From Lama glama (Eukaryota), in the NCBI GenBank assembly GCA_028534125.1, contig CM052817.1, forward strand, positions 62,436,001 to 62,500,000: a stretch of DNA of 64,000 nt, in the 5' to 3' direction. Each line of letters begins with the position of its first letter. The first letter of the stretch is position 1. Shown here one piece after another: positions 49,029 to 60,239 of this stretch. Under the pieces are notes generated by a model that saw only the letters and a list, made by a program, of their open reading frames with translations, did not search any database and was not told the DNA's origin. A program made the position numbers and the translations under genes.

Positions 49029-49528
49029 NNNNNNNNNNNNNNNNNNNNNNNNNNNNNNNNNNNNNNNNNNNNNNNNNNNNNNNNNNNNNNNNNNNNNNNN
49101 NNNNNNNNNNNNNNNNNNNNNNNNNNNNNNNNNNNNNNNNNNNNNNNNNNNNNNNNNNNNNNNNNNNNNNNNNNNNNNNNNNNNNNNNNNNNNNNNNNNN
49201 NNNNNNNNNNNNNNNNNNNNNNNNNNNNNNNNNNNNNNNNNNNNNNNNNNNNNNNNNNNNNNNNNNNNNNNNNNNNNNNNNNNNNNNNNNNNNNNNNNNN
49301 NNNNNNNNNNNNNNNNNNNNNNNNNNNNNNNNNNNNNNNNNNNNNNNNNNNNNNNNNNNNNNNNNNNNNNNNNNNNNNNNNNNNNNNNNNNNNNNNNNNN
49401 NNNNNNNNNNNNNNNNNNNNNNNNNNNNNNNNNNNNNNNNNNNNNNNNNNNNNNNNNNNNNNNNNNNNNNNNNNNNNNNNNNNNNNNNNNNNNNNNNNNN
49501 NNNNNNNNNNNNNNNNNNNNNNNNNNNN
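49029..49528. other. Assembly gap (500 N)
   Basis: Run of exactly 500 N; the ORFs spanning it are artefacts. Confidence 0.99.
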
Positions 49529-51267
49529 AAAAAGTAAAGGCTGAGGTGACAGGGTGAAAAGGTGAACAGAGTTTTAAGCATTCTCGCAAGAATGTATTGA
49601 CAAAAATTGAAATTCAGAGTCCTCCAGTTTCAATTTCAAGGATGAGGGAACCTTGCAAATATTTCAGACTTCTGCTTGAGACCTCTTAGAATGCTACATC
49701 TTAGGAATAAGGATGAAATGGAACAAACCATCCTTTACCAGGATTGATGTCTAGTCCCTAAGTGCAGTGATTTCTGATTAGATTTAGTGATATGTCCCTG
49801 GTTTTGAAACAGAAATAAGTTCTTTCTTTGAAAGGTAGAATCAAAGACTTCAGATGACATGAAAAGAGCCTAGAAGTTTCACTCTTGTCTTTACAGCAAG
49901 AAAAAAGCTGAACAAACTAAAATAAACTACTTTTCTTGGACATATCAGAGAACTAAGGTTGCAGGGAAAACCACCATACCAAATCTGGAGAGCCAGAAAA
50001 ATCTAAACAATCACAGCAAAGGTCAGCTTTGTAAGATCTGGAGGAGAAGCTGCAAGAGCCATAGACTGAGAGGGACATTTAAATGGTAATTTTGATAGGT
50101 TACTAGAGCTGAAAGGTGGACAAGCATGAGACTGGGAAACTATTGGATTGGGGGGAACTTAGGAGTAGGGATACCCAGTACTTTCAAAATTTGTGGGGCA
50201 GTGGACAGAATTTTTGTCCAGGAGCCCATCTCCATGAGATGGTGAAGAGCCAAGGAAAATCTCCTACTGGCTCTAACAGATCCTACAGGGAAATGCAACA
50301 TTTAAAAATATACCCAGGGTGCTGTCCATAACCAAGGACTACTTACCAGGGTAAAAGACTTTACCAGGCCTTACCTCACCCAAATGGAAGGGCATTTATT
50401 AAGTTCTAGCCCTCTCTAGCCTTCTTGTATCATGCAAAGTGGTGGAATGGAGCTAAGAATCACTTGTCAGGACCCAGGGTCACAGGCACACTAAAAGGCT
50501 GAGATGTAATCGTACGATTAGAAAATGTTTCTCCCTCCTAACACCTCATCACGATATCAACAAGATCCTAGTATAATAGCAGATTATAGCTGAAAGAGCT
50601 GCAAAATACAAGCTCTACTGGAGGAATAAGAAAACACAAAGACAAAAGGAGAGGGGGAAAAAAGGACATTGGGGCATCAGAAAAATTTTAAAGCCTTGGG
50701 CACCTATAGCTAGAGTAAACATTATAGAAGTCCAGCTTATAGGCAGATTAACATAAAATCTCACACTAAAGGACTTTTACCTAAGTTTCTGTTACCTTAT
50801 AGATCATATCCAGATTTTAACAGATAGTTATAAGATATTCTTTAAAAAAAAAAAAAAAACAAGATAAAACACAGTATGAAGAGGCAAAGCAAGCATCAGA
50901 ACCAGACTCAGATATTACACAAATTTTGAAATCATCAGACAAGGAATTTAAAATAACGATGATTGATGTGTTAAGGATTCTATGTTAATATTAATTAATT
51001 AAACCTAATATGTTAGATTATGTATATTAAGGAAAAGCAGACAGCATGTAAGAAGAGATGGATAATGTAAGCAGAGAGATGGAAACTCTAAGAAAAATCA
51101 GAATAAATCCTAGAAAAAAAATACTGTAACAAAAATATAGGATGTCTGTGATGGGTTTATCAGTACAGTAGGCACACCAAGGAAAGGCTAAATAAGCTTA
51201 GAGACATCAAAAGGGACTTCCCAAAATGAAATGCAAAGAGAACAGTGATAGAAGTTTTTCAGAACAG

Positions 51268-51323
51268 AAGGAGGTTAGGACTTCAACCAATATTTTGGGA
51301 TGGACACAATTCAACCCATAATA
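51268..51323 (-). mobile_element. MaLR (MLT1B/C-like) LTR terminal fragment inside L1 ORF1
   Basis: GGAGGTTAGGACTTCAAC...GGACACAATTCAACCCATAA; similar to the LTR end at 44617-44672. Confidence 0.6.
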
Positions 51324-53770
51324 CTTGGCTATGAAATACCTGCATTACACATGAAGCGGTATAGTGCCATTTGGAAGTTAGTATACATGAGTTGTAAATG
51401 TGTATTGCAAATTCTAAAGCTCAAAAACGTTTATTTAAAAGTGTATTTAAGTAGCTAAGAGAAGAAAGAGACTAATCATACGAAATGCTTATTTAAAACT
51501 AAAGAAAGCAGGAAAAGGAGAAAAAAAAAGATTAAGAGTAACAAACAGAAAACAGTTGCAAACGTTGTGCATACTAACCCAACTATATTGATAATCACTT
51601 TATATGTGAGTGATCTAAAACCACCACAGCTAGCCAAAAGACAGAGATTGTCAGAGTGGGGAACCAAAAACAAAAAATAAGGCCCATCCATATATGATGA
51701 GTGAATAAAAAAATGGATAATTTAAAAGATATACTATGTTAACACTAACTTCAAAAATAAAAGCTGGAGTAGTTATATTAATTTCAGATAAAGCAGATTT
51801 GAAACAAGATCAGGGATAAAGAAGGCCATTATATAATGACAAAGAAGTCAAATCCTCAAGAAGACATAAAAATCTTTAACATGTATGTACCTAACAACAC
51901 AGGGGAAATATGTGAGGCAAAACTGATGGAATTATAAGGGGAAATAGACAAACCATATTGTAGCTAGAGACTTCAACACTCCTCTATCAGTAACTGCAGG
52001 ATCAAGCAGGCAGAAAATCAGTAAGGATATAGTTTACCTGAACAGTGCTATCAATCAACTTGATCTGATTAACATTTATAGATTATTCCATCCAACAAGA
52101 GCAGAATGCACATTCTTCTCAAGATCACATGCGGCATTCAAAATTATAGACCATATTCTGCTCCATAAAAGTATTATAATAAGTTGGAAGGCATAAATAT
52201 TATACAAGTGTGCTCTCAGAGCACAGCGGAATTAAATTAGAAATCTTTAGCAGAAAGACAACTAGAAAATCCTTAAATACTTAGAGATTAAACACATTTA
52301 TAAATAACACTTTGGTCAAAGAGTCACAAGAGAAATTAATTAAGTCTGAATTCTGGGAGGGTATGTTGCAATTGACTGTATTTCAATAAAAAAATATTTT
52401 GAACTAAATAAAAATGAAAATACAACTTTTCAAGTTTGTGGACTGCAGCAAGCTATGATGACAGGGAAATCTGTAGCATTTAATTAGAAGAGAAGAGAGT
52501 TCTAAAATCAATTATCTCTGTTCTACCTTTGGTAAAAATAGAGAAGAGAGAGAAAATTAAACATAAAGCAAGTAGGTGAAAAATAAGTAATTTAAATACA
52601 GAGCACAAATCAATGTAAGTAAAACCAGGAAAACAATTGAGAAAAGCATCAAAACCAAAAGCTGATTCTTTGAAGAGACTGATAAAATTGATAAACTTCT
52701 AGGCACTTTAACCAAGAAACAGAGAGAAAAGAGACAAATTATCAATCTCATAAATGAAAGAACATAGACATTAAAAGGATAATAAAGACATACTCTGAAT
52801 AACTCTATGCCAACAAATTGGATAAATTAGATGTAATGGGCCAACTCTTTGAAGACCCAAATTACAAAATTCTCACAAGAAGAAAGATATAATCTGAATT
52901 GGCCTGTATTTATTTGAGAAATTGAGTTAATAATTAATAACTTTACCAAATGATCAAGTGACAGGACCAGGTTTCACTGATGAATTCCACCAAACATTTA
53001 GGATGAAATGACAATTCTCTACAATCTTTTTCAGAAAATAGAAGCAGTGAGAACACTTCCTTATTCAGTTGATGTGACTAGCATTACCCTAATATCAAAA
53101 ATTACTTAAAGGTAATACAAGAAAGGAAAACTACAGACTGATATCACTCATGAGCATAAATACAAAAATTCTTAACACAATATTACCAAATTGAATCCAA
53201 TAATGCATAAAAATAGCTATAGACCACAACCAAGTGAGATTTATTAGAGATATGCAAGACTGGTTCAACATTTGAAAGTCAAATAATGCAATTCACTACG
53301 TCAATAGGCTAAAAAAGAAAACCATACAATTGTATCAACTGTTGCAGAAAAAAGTTGAAAACATGAAACACCCATTCATGATAAACACTTAGCAAACTAG
53401 GAAAAGGGAAGACTTCCTAAAATTCATGGAAAACATCTACAAATAAAAAAACACGATAAAAAGACACAACTACCATAATACCTAATGATGAAAAACTGGA
53501 TGCTTTCCTCCTAAGATTAGGAACAAGGCAAAGATGTCCCCATGCCCTCTTCTATTCAAGCCTGTACTGGAAGTCCTAGCTAGCGCATAAAAGAAGAGAA
53601 GGAAATAACCAATATTTAGATTAAGAAGGAAGAAATAAAACTGTCTTTGTTCACAGGTGACATGATTATCTATGTAGAAAATCTCAAATAATTGACAAAA
53701 CAAAACAGAATTAATAAGATATTATAGCAAGCTTTCAGGATGCAAGGTTAATATACAAGTCAGCTGCCTT

Positions 53771-54163
53771 CTTTCCTCACTCCGTACACAAAAATAAACT
53801 CAAAATGGCTTAAAGATTTAAACATAAGACTAGATACCTTAAATCTCCTAGAAGAGAACATAGGCAAAAAATTCTCTGACATAAATTGCAGCAGTGTTTT
53901 CCTAGGGCAGTCTCCCAAGGCAATAGAAATAAAAGCAAAAATAAACAAATGGAAACTAATCAAACTTATAAGCTTTTGCATAGCAAATGTCAAGGGCTTA
54001 ATTTCCAGAATATACAAACAGTTCATAAAACTCAACAACAAAATAGCAAACAGCCCAATCCAAAAATGGGCACAAGACTTAAACAGACAGTTCTCCAAAG
54101 GAGACACACAGATGGCCAATAGGCACATGAAGAGATACTCAGCATCACTAATTATCAGAGAAA
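53771..54163 (+). mobile_element. Younger L1 internal ORF2 fragment without 3'UTR or tail
   Basis: Reads [19 protein letters not shown]...LLEENIGK, later [17 protein letters not shown] and [16 protein letters not shown]; visibly less decayed than its host. Confidence 0.8.
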
Positions 54164-54339
54164 CCCCAAAGACCTTACAAACATAAAGACTAAATCTTGA
54201 TGTATGCAAATGTTTAAAACAATCATTTAGGAAGTGGGGTGGAGGGAGTCCCAGGATAGAAGGCAAAGTGTGTCAAAACAATCTAACTCAAAAATCGATT
54301 ACAAACGTATTATACAATCTTATTGAAGCATGGAGGGAA

Positions 54340-55925
54340 ATTTATAGCATTAAATGCATATATTTGAAAAGAACAAAGACTGAAAATCAGTTATCATGTA
54401 TTTCAAGAAGTAATTAAAAAATAACAAGCTAAACATAAAAAGTAAAAAGAGGAAAAGAATACTAATTGAACTAATAGACACTTGGCAGGTTGTGCAGAGA
54501 AAGACTGAGAGAGTATGAGCGCAAAAATGACTTAAAAGAGATAATATATAAGGACTGACAAAAGGAACATCACTGTAGTTCCTACATATATTAAAAAAAA
54601 AGTGAGGATAGTAAAGACTAACTTATGCCAATAAATTTGAAAATTTAGGTAAAATGGGCAAGCTTCTATAAAAACAAATGAACAAAGGTGACAGAAGAGC
54701 AGAAGGAAAAGATGAATAGTCATATCTACTCAGCAAATTAAATCCACTGTTATATTTAGATATATATGTATGTATACATACATAATATCTGACCAGATTA
54801 TGTTTATTTTAGGAATTCAAGTTTAAAATGTGAAAATCAGTAAATGCAATTCACCAGATTAAGTAACAAACCCATATGCATAACTTAAAAAGTTAAGAAT
54901 AAGTATTTGATAGAAAGGATCCATGATAAAAATGAAGCAAAGTAGAAAAATAAGGAAACTTCCACAAAATCATAGGCAGAATTTTAAGTATGACCGTCAG
55001 TGACACTGGCTCTTGTATAATACACCCCCTTTTGCATGTGGGTGGAATTTGTGAATTTGATGAGATGTCACTCCAGTGATTCTGTGACATTATATGGCAA
55101 AAGAATGGGGACTAATCTAATCACAAGGAGCCCTTTAAACAAAGTGTTCACCAGCTGGTAGCAGAAAGGGAAATCAGGGAAAATCAAAGGTACCCTTGCT
55201 AGGAACTGTGATTAGCATTGAGGAAACAAACAAACAAACAAACAAAAAGTGGGGCCTTGGTTTTTCAATCACAGTGAATTGAATTCTTCCAACAACCTGA
55301 TTGAGCCTGGAAGTGTATTATTTCCCAGTCTCCAGTTAAGAGCTAACTTGGTCAACACCTTGATTTTGACCCTGTGAGACCCTAAGCAGAGAACCTAGGT
55401 GAAGCCCACTGGACTTCTGATCCACAGAACTGTGAGTTAGTAAGTTGAGGGGGCAGGCAGTTTAAGCCACTGGATTTGTGGTAACTTGTTAGGTGTCAAT
55501 AGAAAACAAATACATATAGTCTGATAAACTGTGCTTCCCTCAAACAAGCAAACAAAAAGCCCTACAGCATACATCACAATTAAAGAGGAAATAGTTCTGA
55601 TTTTGCAATTAGGGCCTAGACTGAAATGTCCATTATCACCGCTTCTAAGTCATGTTTTTTCTGGCAGTCCCAGCCAGTATAATAAGGCAAGTTATCTTCC
55701 ACTTAAATAAATTGGTAGGGAAATAATAAAGCATCATTTTTCATAGATAAGATGAATTTGAACACAGAACCAACAGTTAAAATTAATACATGTACTTAGC
55801 ATGCTCACTGAATTTGAGGACATTGTATAAAAATTAATTCTATTTCTATATACTATGTACTAGCAATAAGCAATCAGAAAATGGATAAAATATACCATTT
55901 GCAATAGCTTCTCAGGCATCAAAGA
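54340..55925 (+). mobile_element. Ancient L1 ORF2 remnants interrupted by MLT1E
   Basis: AAATTTATAGCATTAAATGCATATATT, CTTATGCCAATAAATTTGAAAAT, ATACCATTTGCAATAGC. Confidence 0.6.
54990..55514 (+). mobile_element. MaLR LTR (MLT1E-like)
   Basis: ACATTATATGGCAAAAG, TGAATTCTTCCAACAACCTGA, ACACCTTGATTTT...GTGAGACCCTAAGCAGAGAACC, end CAATAGAAAACAAATACA. Confidence 0.85.
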
Positions 55926-56239
55926 TTTATTATATTCTGGGAGAAGTCTACTTTAAACTGTACCTTCTCTCAAAGAATGGCATTTAGAATATTGCAGAAT
56001 TTTTCCAAAGGTTAGAAATTTACAATCTTGGCATCCTCAGTTATCTAGGTCTTAATTGAAGCATCTGTCTTTCTTGTGTATTTAAAACCTTTGGCTTTCC
56101 ATTTCACATTTGAACCCTGTATTTCTGGCACCTAATAGGTAAATAAGCATGGGTAAATTACAAGGTTTTGTGAGCAGGCTTTTTTTTAAGCCTGTGAACA
56201 GTGATTGCCACCAATGCCTCTTGTGGATTGCTTGATTCC

Positions 56240-56396
56240 TTGTTTCTCAAGTCTGGCTGTGGTTTAGAATCACTAAGGAAGTGGTGCAGAAATCCTGGTG
56301 TTCAGGTTCTACCCTCTGGCTTTGGGTCCAGGCATAGATATGTTTTAAAAGTTTCCTATGGGATTCTAATCCACCTCCGGGGTTGAGAATTGCTTG
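56240..56396. mobile_element. MER5-like hAT MITE (degraded)
   Basis: TTTCTCAA...TTAGAATCAC...GATTCTAAT...GGTTGAGAA. Confidence 0.6.
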
Positions 56397-56411
56397 CTTA
56401 TGCCTATAAAA

Positions 56412-56591
56412 CAGTAGTTCTCAATGTTCACTGCACAATAGAATCACCTGGAGAGCTTTTACAAAACACTGATGACTGAGCCCTACCCCAAATTAATTAA
56501 ATTAGAACCTCTGGCGAGATGTCTGGGACAGTACTGGCTTTAAAAATCTCCTCAGGTGATTCCAGCGGGCTGTCAGGATTGAGACCTACTA
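56412..56591. mobile_element. MER5-like hAT MITE
   Basis: CAGTAGTTCTCAA...TAGAATCACCTGGAGAGCTTT...CTCCTCAGGTGATTC...TTGAGACCTACT. Confidence 0.75.
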
Positions 56592-57892
56592 ATGTAAAAC
56601 GTGCCTTTTAGGGAAGCATTTTCACTCACCATCACTGTTGTTTCCCCTGGAGAATCACCCTCTTCAGGTTTCTCACATAACTGAGGCTGTTGATGTTTCT
56701 AGAAACTAGCAAAGGCCCATTTCACTGGTGTTCGTTCCTCAAGACATGGCTTTCCACAAATTTTGAACATTCTACATTTTTGTTAACATTTTTTTCTATT
56801 GTCCTGAAGTGATGGGATGGATATATTGTTCCATTTAACTCTACTATTCCTATATGTGCATTTCAAGAAGATTCAGTAGTCTTTAATATTTCTTGACCTG
56901 CTCCTTAAATGGACCTTTCTCTTTCCTCTATTACATGCGGGGGTAGTACATTTTGCTGGTATTGCGTGCCTTCTTTTTTCTTTGCTTTATGACCCAGATG
57001 ATCGATTTTTTCTAATGTAGTTCTCTAAATTTTATTTTGTATTCTTGTTTAATGAGAAAAGGGGATACTAAGGAGTTTGGGTCTGACAAAAGCATCCATA
57101 GTTTAGTCACATCTTGTGCTCCTTTCTTTTCAACTGAATAATCCCACAGAGGAGATATTCTGCCATCAGAAACATTCAACCTCAAGCTGGATATAATCTA
57201 TCCTTGTCCTCCCTGGCTCTCTTGTCCTATATCTCTTCTTTTCTATATTGTGCCTCAAGGTCTTCATTCCAGAAAATTTTAAGGTAGAATAATTATCCAT
57301 ACCCTCAGTTTACTATGGTTGTATTACTTTGAAACTCAAATAATAATACTTTTTTGTTGTTGTTTTTCTTTTCCTTCTTCACTGATTTTCCTGATAGTCC
57401 CATTTAAAATCTTGCCAGGTTTTCTGCAGCTACTTTATAGAGACAAACTACTTGTAGTCCCTCAATTTGTCTGACACTAAATTCTCTTTTTGTGTCTAAG
57501 GCTGCCTGTGAATATTTTCTTAGATCCTGGCACATTCTGGAAGATTCTTTCTGATTTGGCTTTTCTTCTTTCTGTTGAATTTTTCTGGGTCCCTGTCAAT
57601 ATCACTGGTTGAATAGAAACTAAACTCCTCTGTCCCTTATCAATATCTTATTTTAAGTGGAGCAAGAACTGAATATGCCTTTTATTTTTCTATTTATCTA
57701 TCTTGGCCTTAAAGTTATAAATTTCCTTTTCATGCTGTCTTAAGTTTTTATCCTAGTAAGTGATCTTTTCTTCTAAGGAAATTTTCCTCTCTACCTTGAG
57801 CCTAACAACTGTCTTCCCTTTATTTGGTTTTCATCCTTCTATCACTTTGGTCTGAAAGCAAAGCTGAGCAATATTTTACCACCTTATACAAA

Positions 57893-58151
57893 TATACTTC
57901 ATTTTTAAGACAAGTTTCAAATTCACAGAAAAATTGAATAGAAGGTACAAAGATTTCCCATATACTCCCTGCTCTATCATGTGAATAGCCTTCTCCATAA
58001 TCAGCGTCCCTCACCGAAGAAGGGGCATTGTTACAGTTGATGGGCCTGTGTTGACACATCGTTATCACCTAGAATCCATAGTTCATTTATTTTAGAATTT
58101 GCTCTTGGTGTTTCACATTCTATTTGTTTGAACAGATTTATAATGACGTGT
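57893..58151 (-). mobile_element. L1MC1-like 3' end
   Basis: TTCACAGAAAAATTGAATAGAAGGTACAAAGATTTCCCATATAC...TTGTTACAGTTGATG...GACACATCGTTATCACC. Confidence 0.8.
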
Positions 58152-58445
58152 CTTGGGGAATAGGAGAGGGAGAGAGATGGGTGGTTGGCTGGTTGGTGGA
58201 GTAGTCAGAACACACACAACATTTTCTCACTAAGTTCACCTTCTTACATGGGTGTGGCTCATGGTGCCCCCAAACAATGACTAAATTACCAAAGTTTGAC
58301 GCAGACACAAAGTAAGCAAATACTATTGGAGAAATGATGACGATAGAATTGCTTGATGCAGGGTTGCCACAAACCTGCAATTTGTAAAAAACACAATATT
58401 GGTGAATTGGAATAAACTGAAAGGGAATAAAATGAGGTATGCATG
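58152..58445 (-). mobile_element. Tigger1 terminal fragment (TcMar-Tigger)
   Basis: Reverse complement begins CATGCATACCTCATTTTATT (cf. Tigger1 TIR CAGGCATACCTCG) with flanking TA; GCAGGGTTGCCACAAACCT. Confidence 0.85.
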
Positions 58446-60239
58446 TATCAGGCTAAAAACTCAGGAAAAACAGAAAATTTGTGTTTCGTCTCCTAATTTC
58501 TAAGATGTCGATATAAAAAAATGACTTTTTCCTTAATTCATTCCTTGCCCCACACCTGCTTAGCAAATGTCAGGCCAACTCAGTTTGAGTAAAAGCTATA
58601 GAATCTTTTCTTTAGACCCTGTATCATCTAAAACTTGAATTTGTACTTATTCTGACCAATCTGACTTTGTAAGGCTGGTGAGGTGTGCAGTAGCTGAATT
58701 TATCTTGTTGATACCCTTGAGATCTCTTGGAATTTGCTAAACCGCAGCATGCTTGCATACAGCTAACTAGCTCCTTTAAACCAGCCCCTAGCCAGTAGAA
58801 CAGGCTAGAGATTGATCATTGGAGAATATTCCAGAACACCTAGGGTGTAAGATGGTTATTTCTAGGACACAGAAGTTAGTACTGAACTGTAATTAACTAG
58901 TGGACCAAGCCAGGGTTTTTCAAAAAAAATGAAAGAAAGGAAGAAAACATAGGTGACCTAGCACTTAAAATCAAGACATCAAATTTAGTAATCAGCTTTA
59001 AAAAATATCTACATGGAATAATTTAAACTGAAAATAACCAAATTTTAATTAGAATTTGAGTGTTATTGTGCTCCCCAAATTCGACTTCTTTACCAAATCT
59101 CAGTTTTAAACCCAGTATACCAGATCCTTTCATTTTCCTGATGCAAAATTACCTCTACATCCCTTACCCCTCTGCTTCCTGCAGGGAAGGGCCTAAACTT
59201 GCAGAATATAAGGAAGAAAGTGGAACGCATGCTCTCTGATTTCAGTTGGTTTCTAAGAGAAAGAGTCAGAAGGGAACTACACTAGACAAGTCCATATTCT
59301 CTCCCAAACTCGCATCTTCCCTGGAGGAAGAGGGAGGAGGCAGTAAAGAATGTCCAGGCATTTGCTATGATGATGAAAGTCCCTCTACAGGGAGGACACA
59401 GAGAACTAGAGAAGGAGAGTTTATTCTCTGCATCATACTCTTCCTCAAAACAAAATAAAACATGTAAAAGAAAACCTGGAAGTTCCCTAGGAATTTTGTT
59501 TCACATGGTTATTGATTAAATTGCCAGGTTAAACAGTTATCCACTAAGAGACTTTGACCAAAAAAGGAAAGTAAATTAAAAATAAATATGTAGATATATC
59601 TGAGAGCAGCTCATATCAGGGAAACCTGTTTCTCTGAAAATGTTATGTCTCTCTCTCTCTCTGTTTTTTTTTTTTGTTGTTGTTGTTTTAAACTAAGCTG
59701 AAGGATGCTTCTCCTGAGATTAGAAAGTTCAGTTTAGACCTGCGAGTAGAACCAGGGAGGCCTAACAAGAAGGAATATGGTTCCCAGACTAAAGTTTTGT
59801 AAGTGAGAAATAACAGTAGAGAATCTCTAGAAAAGTTTATACAATTCTTTTAAATAGTGATAACCAGAGAGTTTTGTCCTCTGACAGGTTTTATTTTCAC
59901 ATCTCTGAGTAGGTGTAATTATTTTTTTAGTTCAGCTGCTTCCATTTTCTTACTGACTCACCAATGTTTGAGAGACTCTGCTGTCTACTCTGTGTGGGTG
60001 CTGAGGAGCACAGTAGTTCTACGTTATCTCTTAAAATTTATCCCTTGTAATCAATAAGCACCTGAATTTTATTGGGGTTTTATTGCTTTATTTTTAATAA
60101 GTTTGAAAAGGAAAGAAAAATGAGGACTCATTCAGGAGAACTCCATAAGCTTAAAAGGGAAGATTAGGCATAATATTTAGACTGTGGGCTTCCTCTGGAG
60201 TAGAGCTGATAGAAAAGAACAGTTTGAATGCAAAGGTAA

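Larger units (their letters stand above)
49845..54335 (+). mobile_element. Old L1 (L1MC/L1MD-like): 5'UTR, partial ORF1, ORF2 EN and RT remnants, 3'UTR piece
   Basis: EN start ATAATCACTTTATATGTGAGTGATCTAAA (cf. IITLNVNGLN) at about 51590; RT CTGTCTTTGTTCACAGGTGACATGATT (LSLFTGDMI, decayed FADD) at 53641; 3'UTR-like GTCCCAGGATAGAAGGCA at about 54250. Confidence 0.88.

Noticed and set aside
48966..49589. Five long ORFs of 173-202 aa
   Set aside because: Artefacts of translating the 500-N gap.
53760..54266. 168-aa minus-strand ORF
   Set aside because: Antisense translation of L1 ORF2, a common spurious ORF.
56240..56591. Tandem pair of MER5-like elements as a composite system
   Set aside because: Adjacent MER5 copies are common and both are old and diverged.
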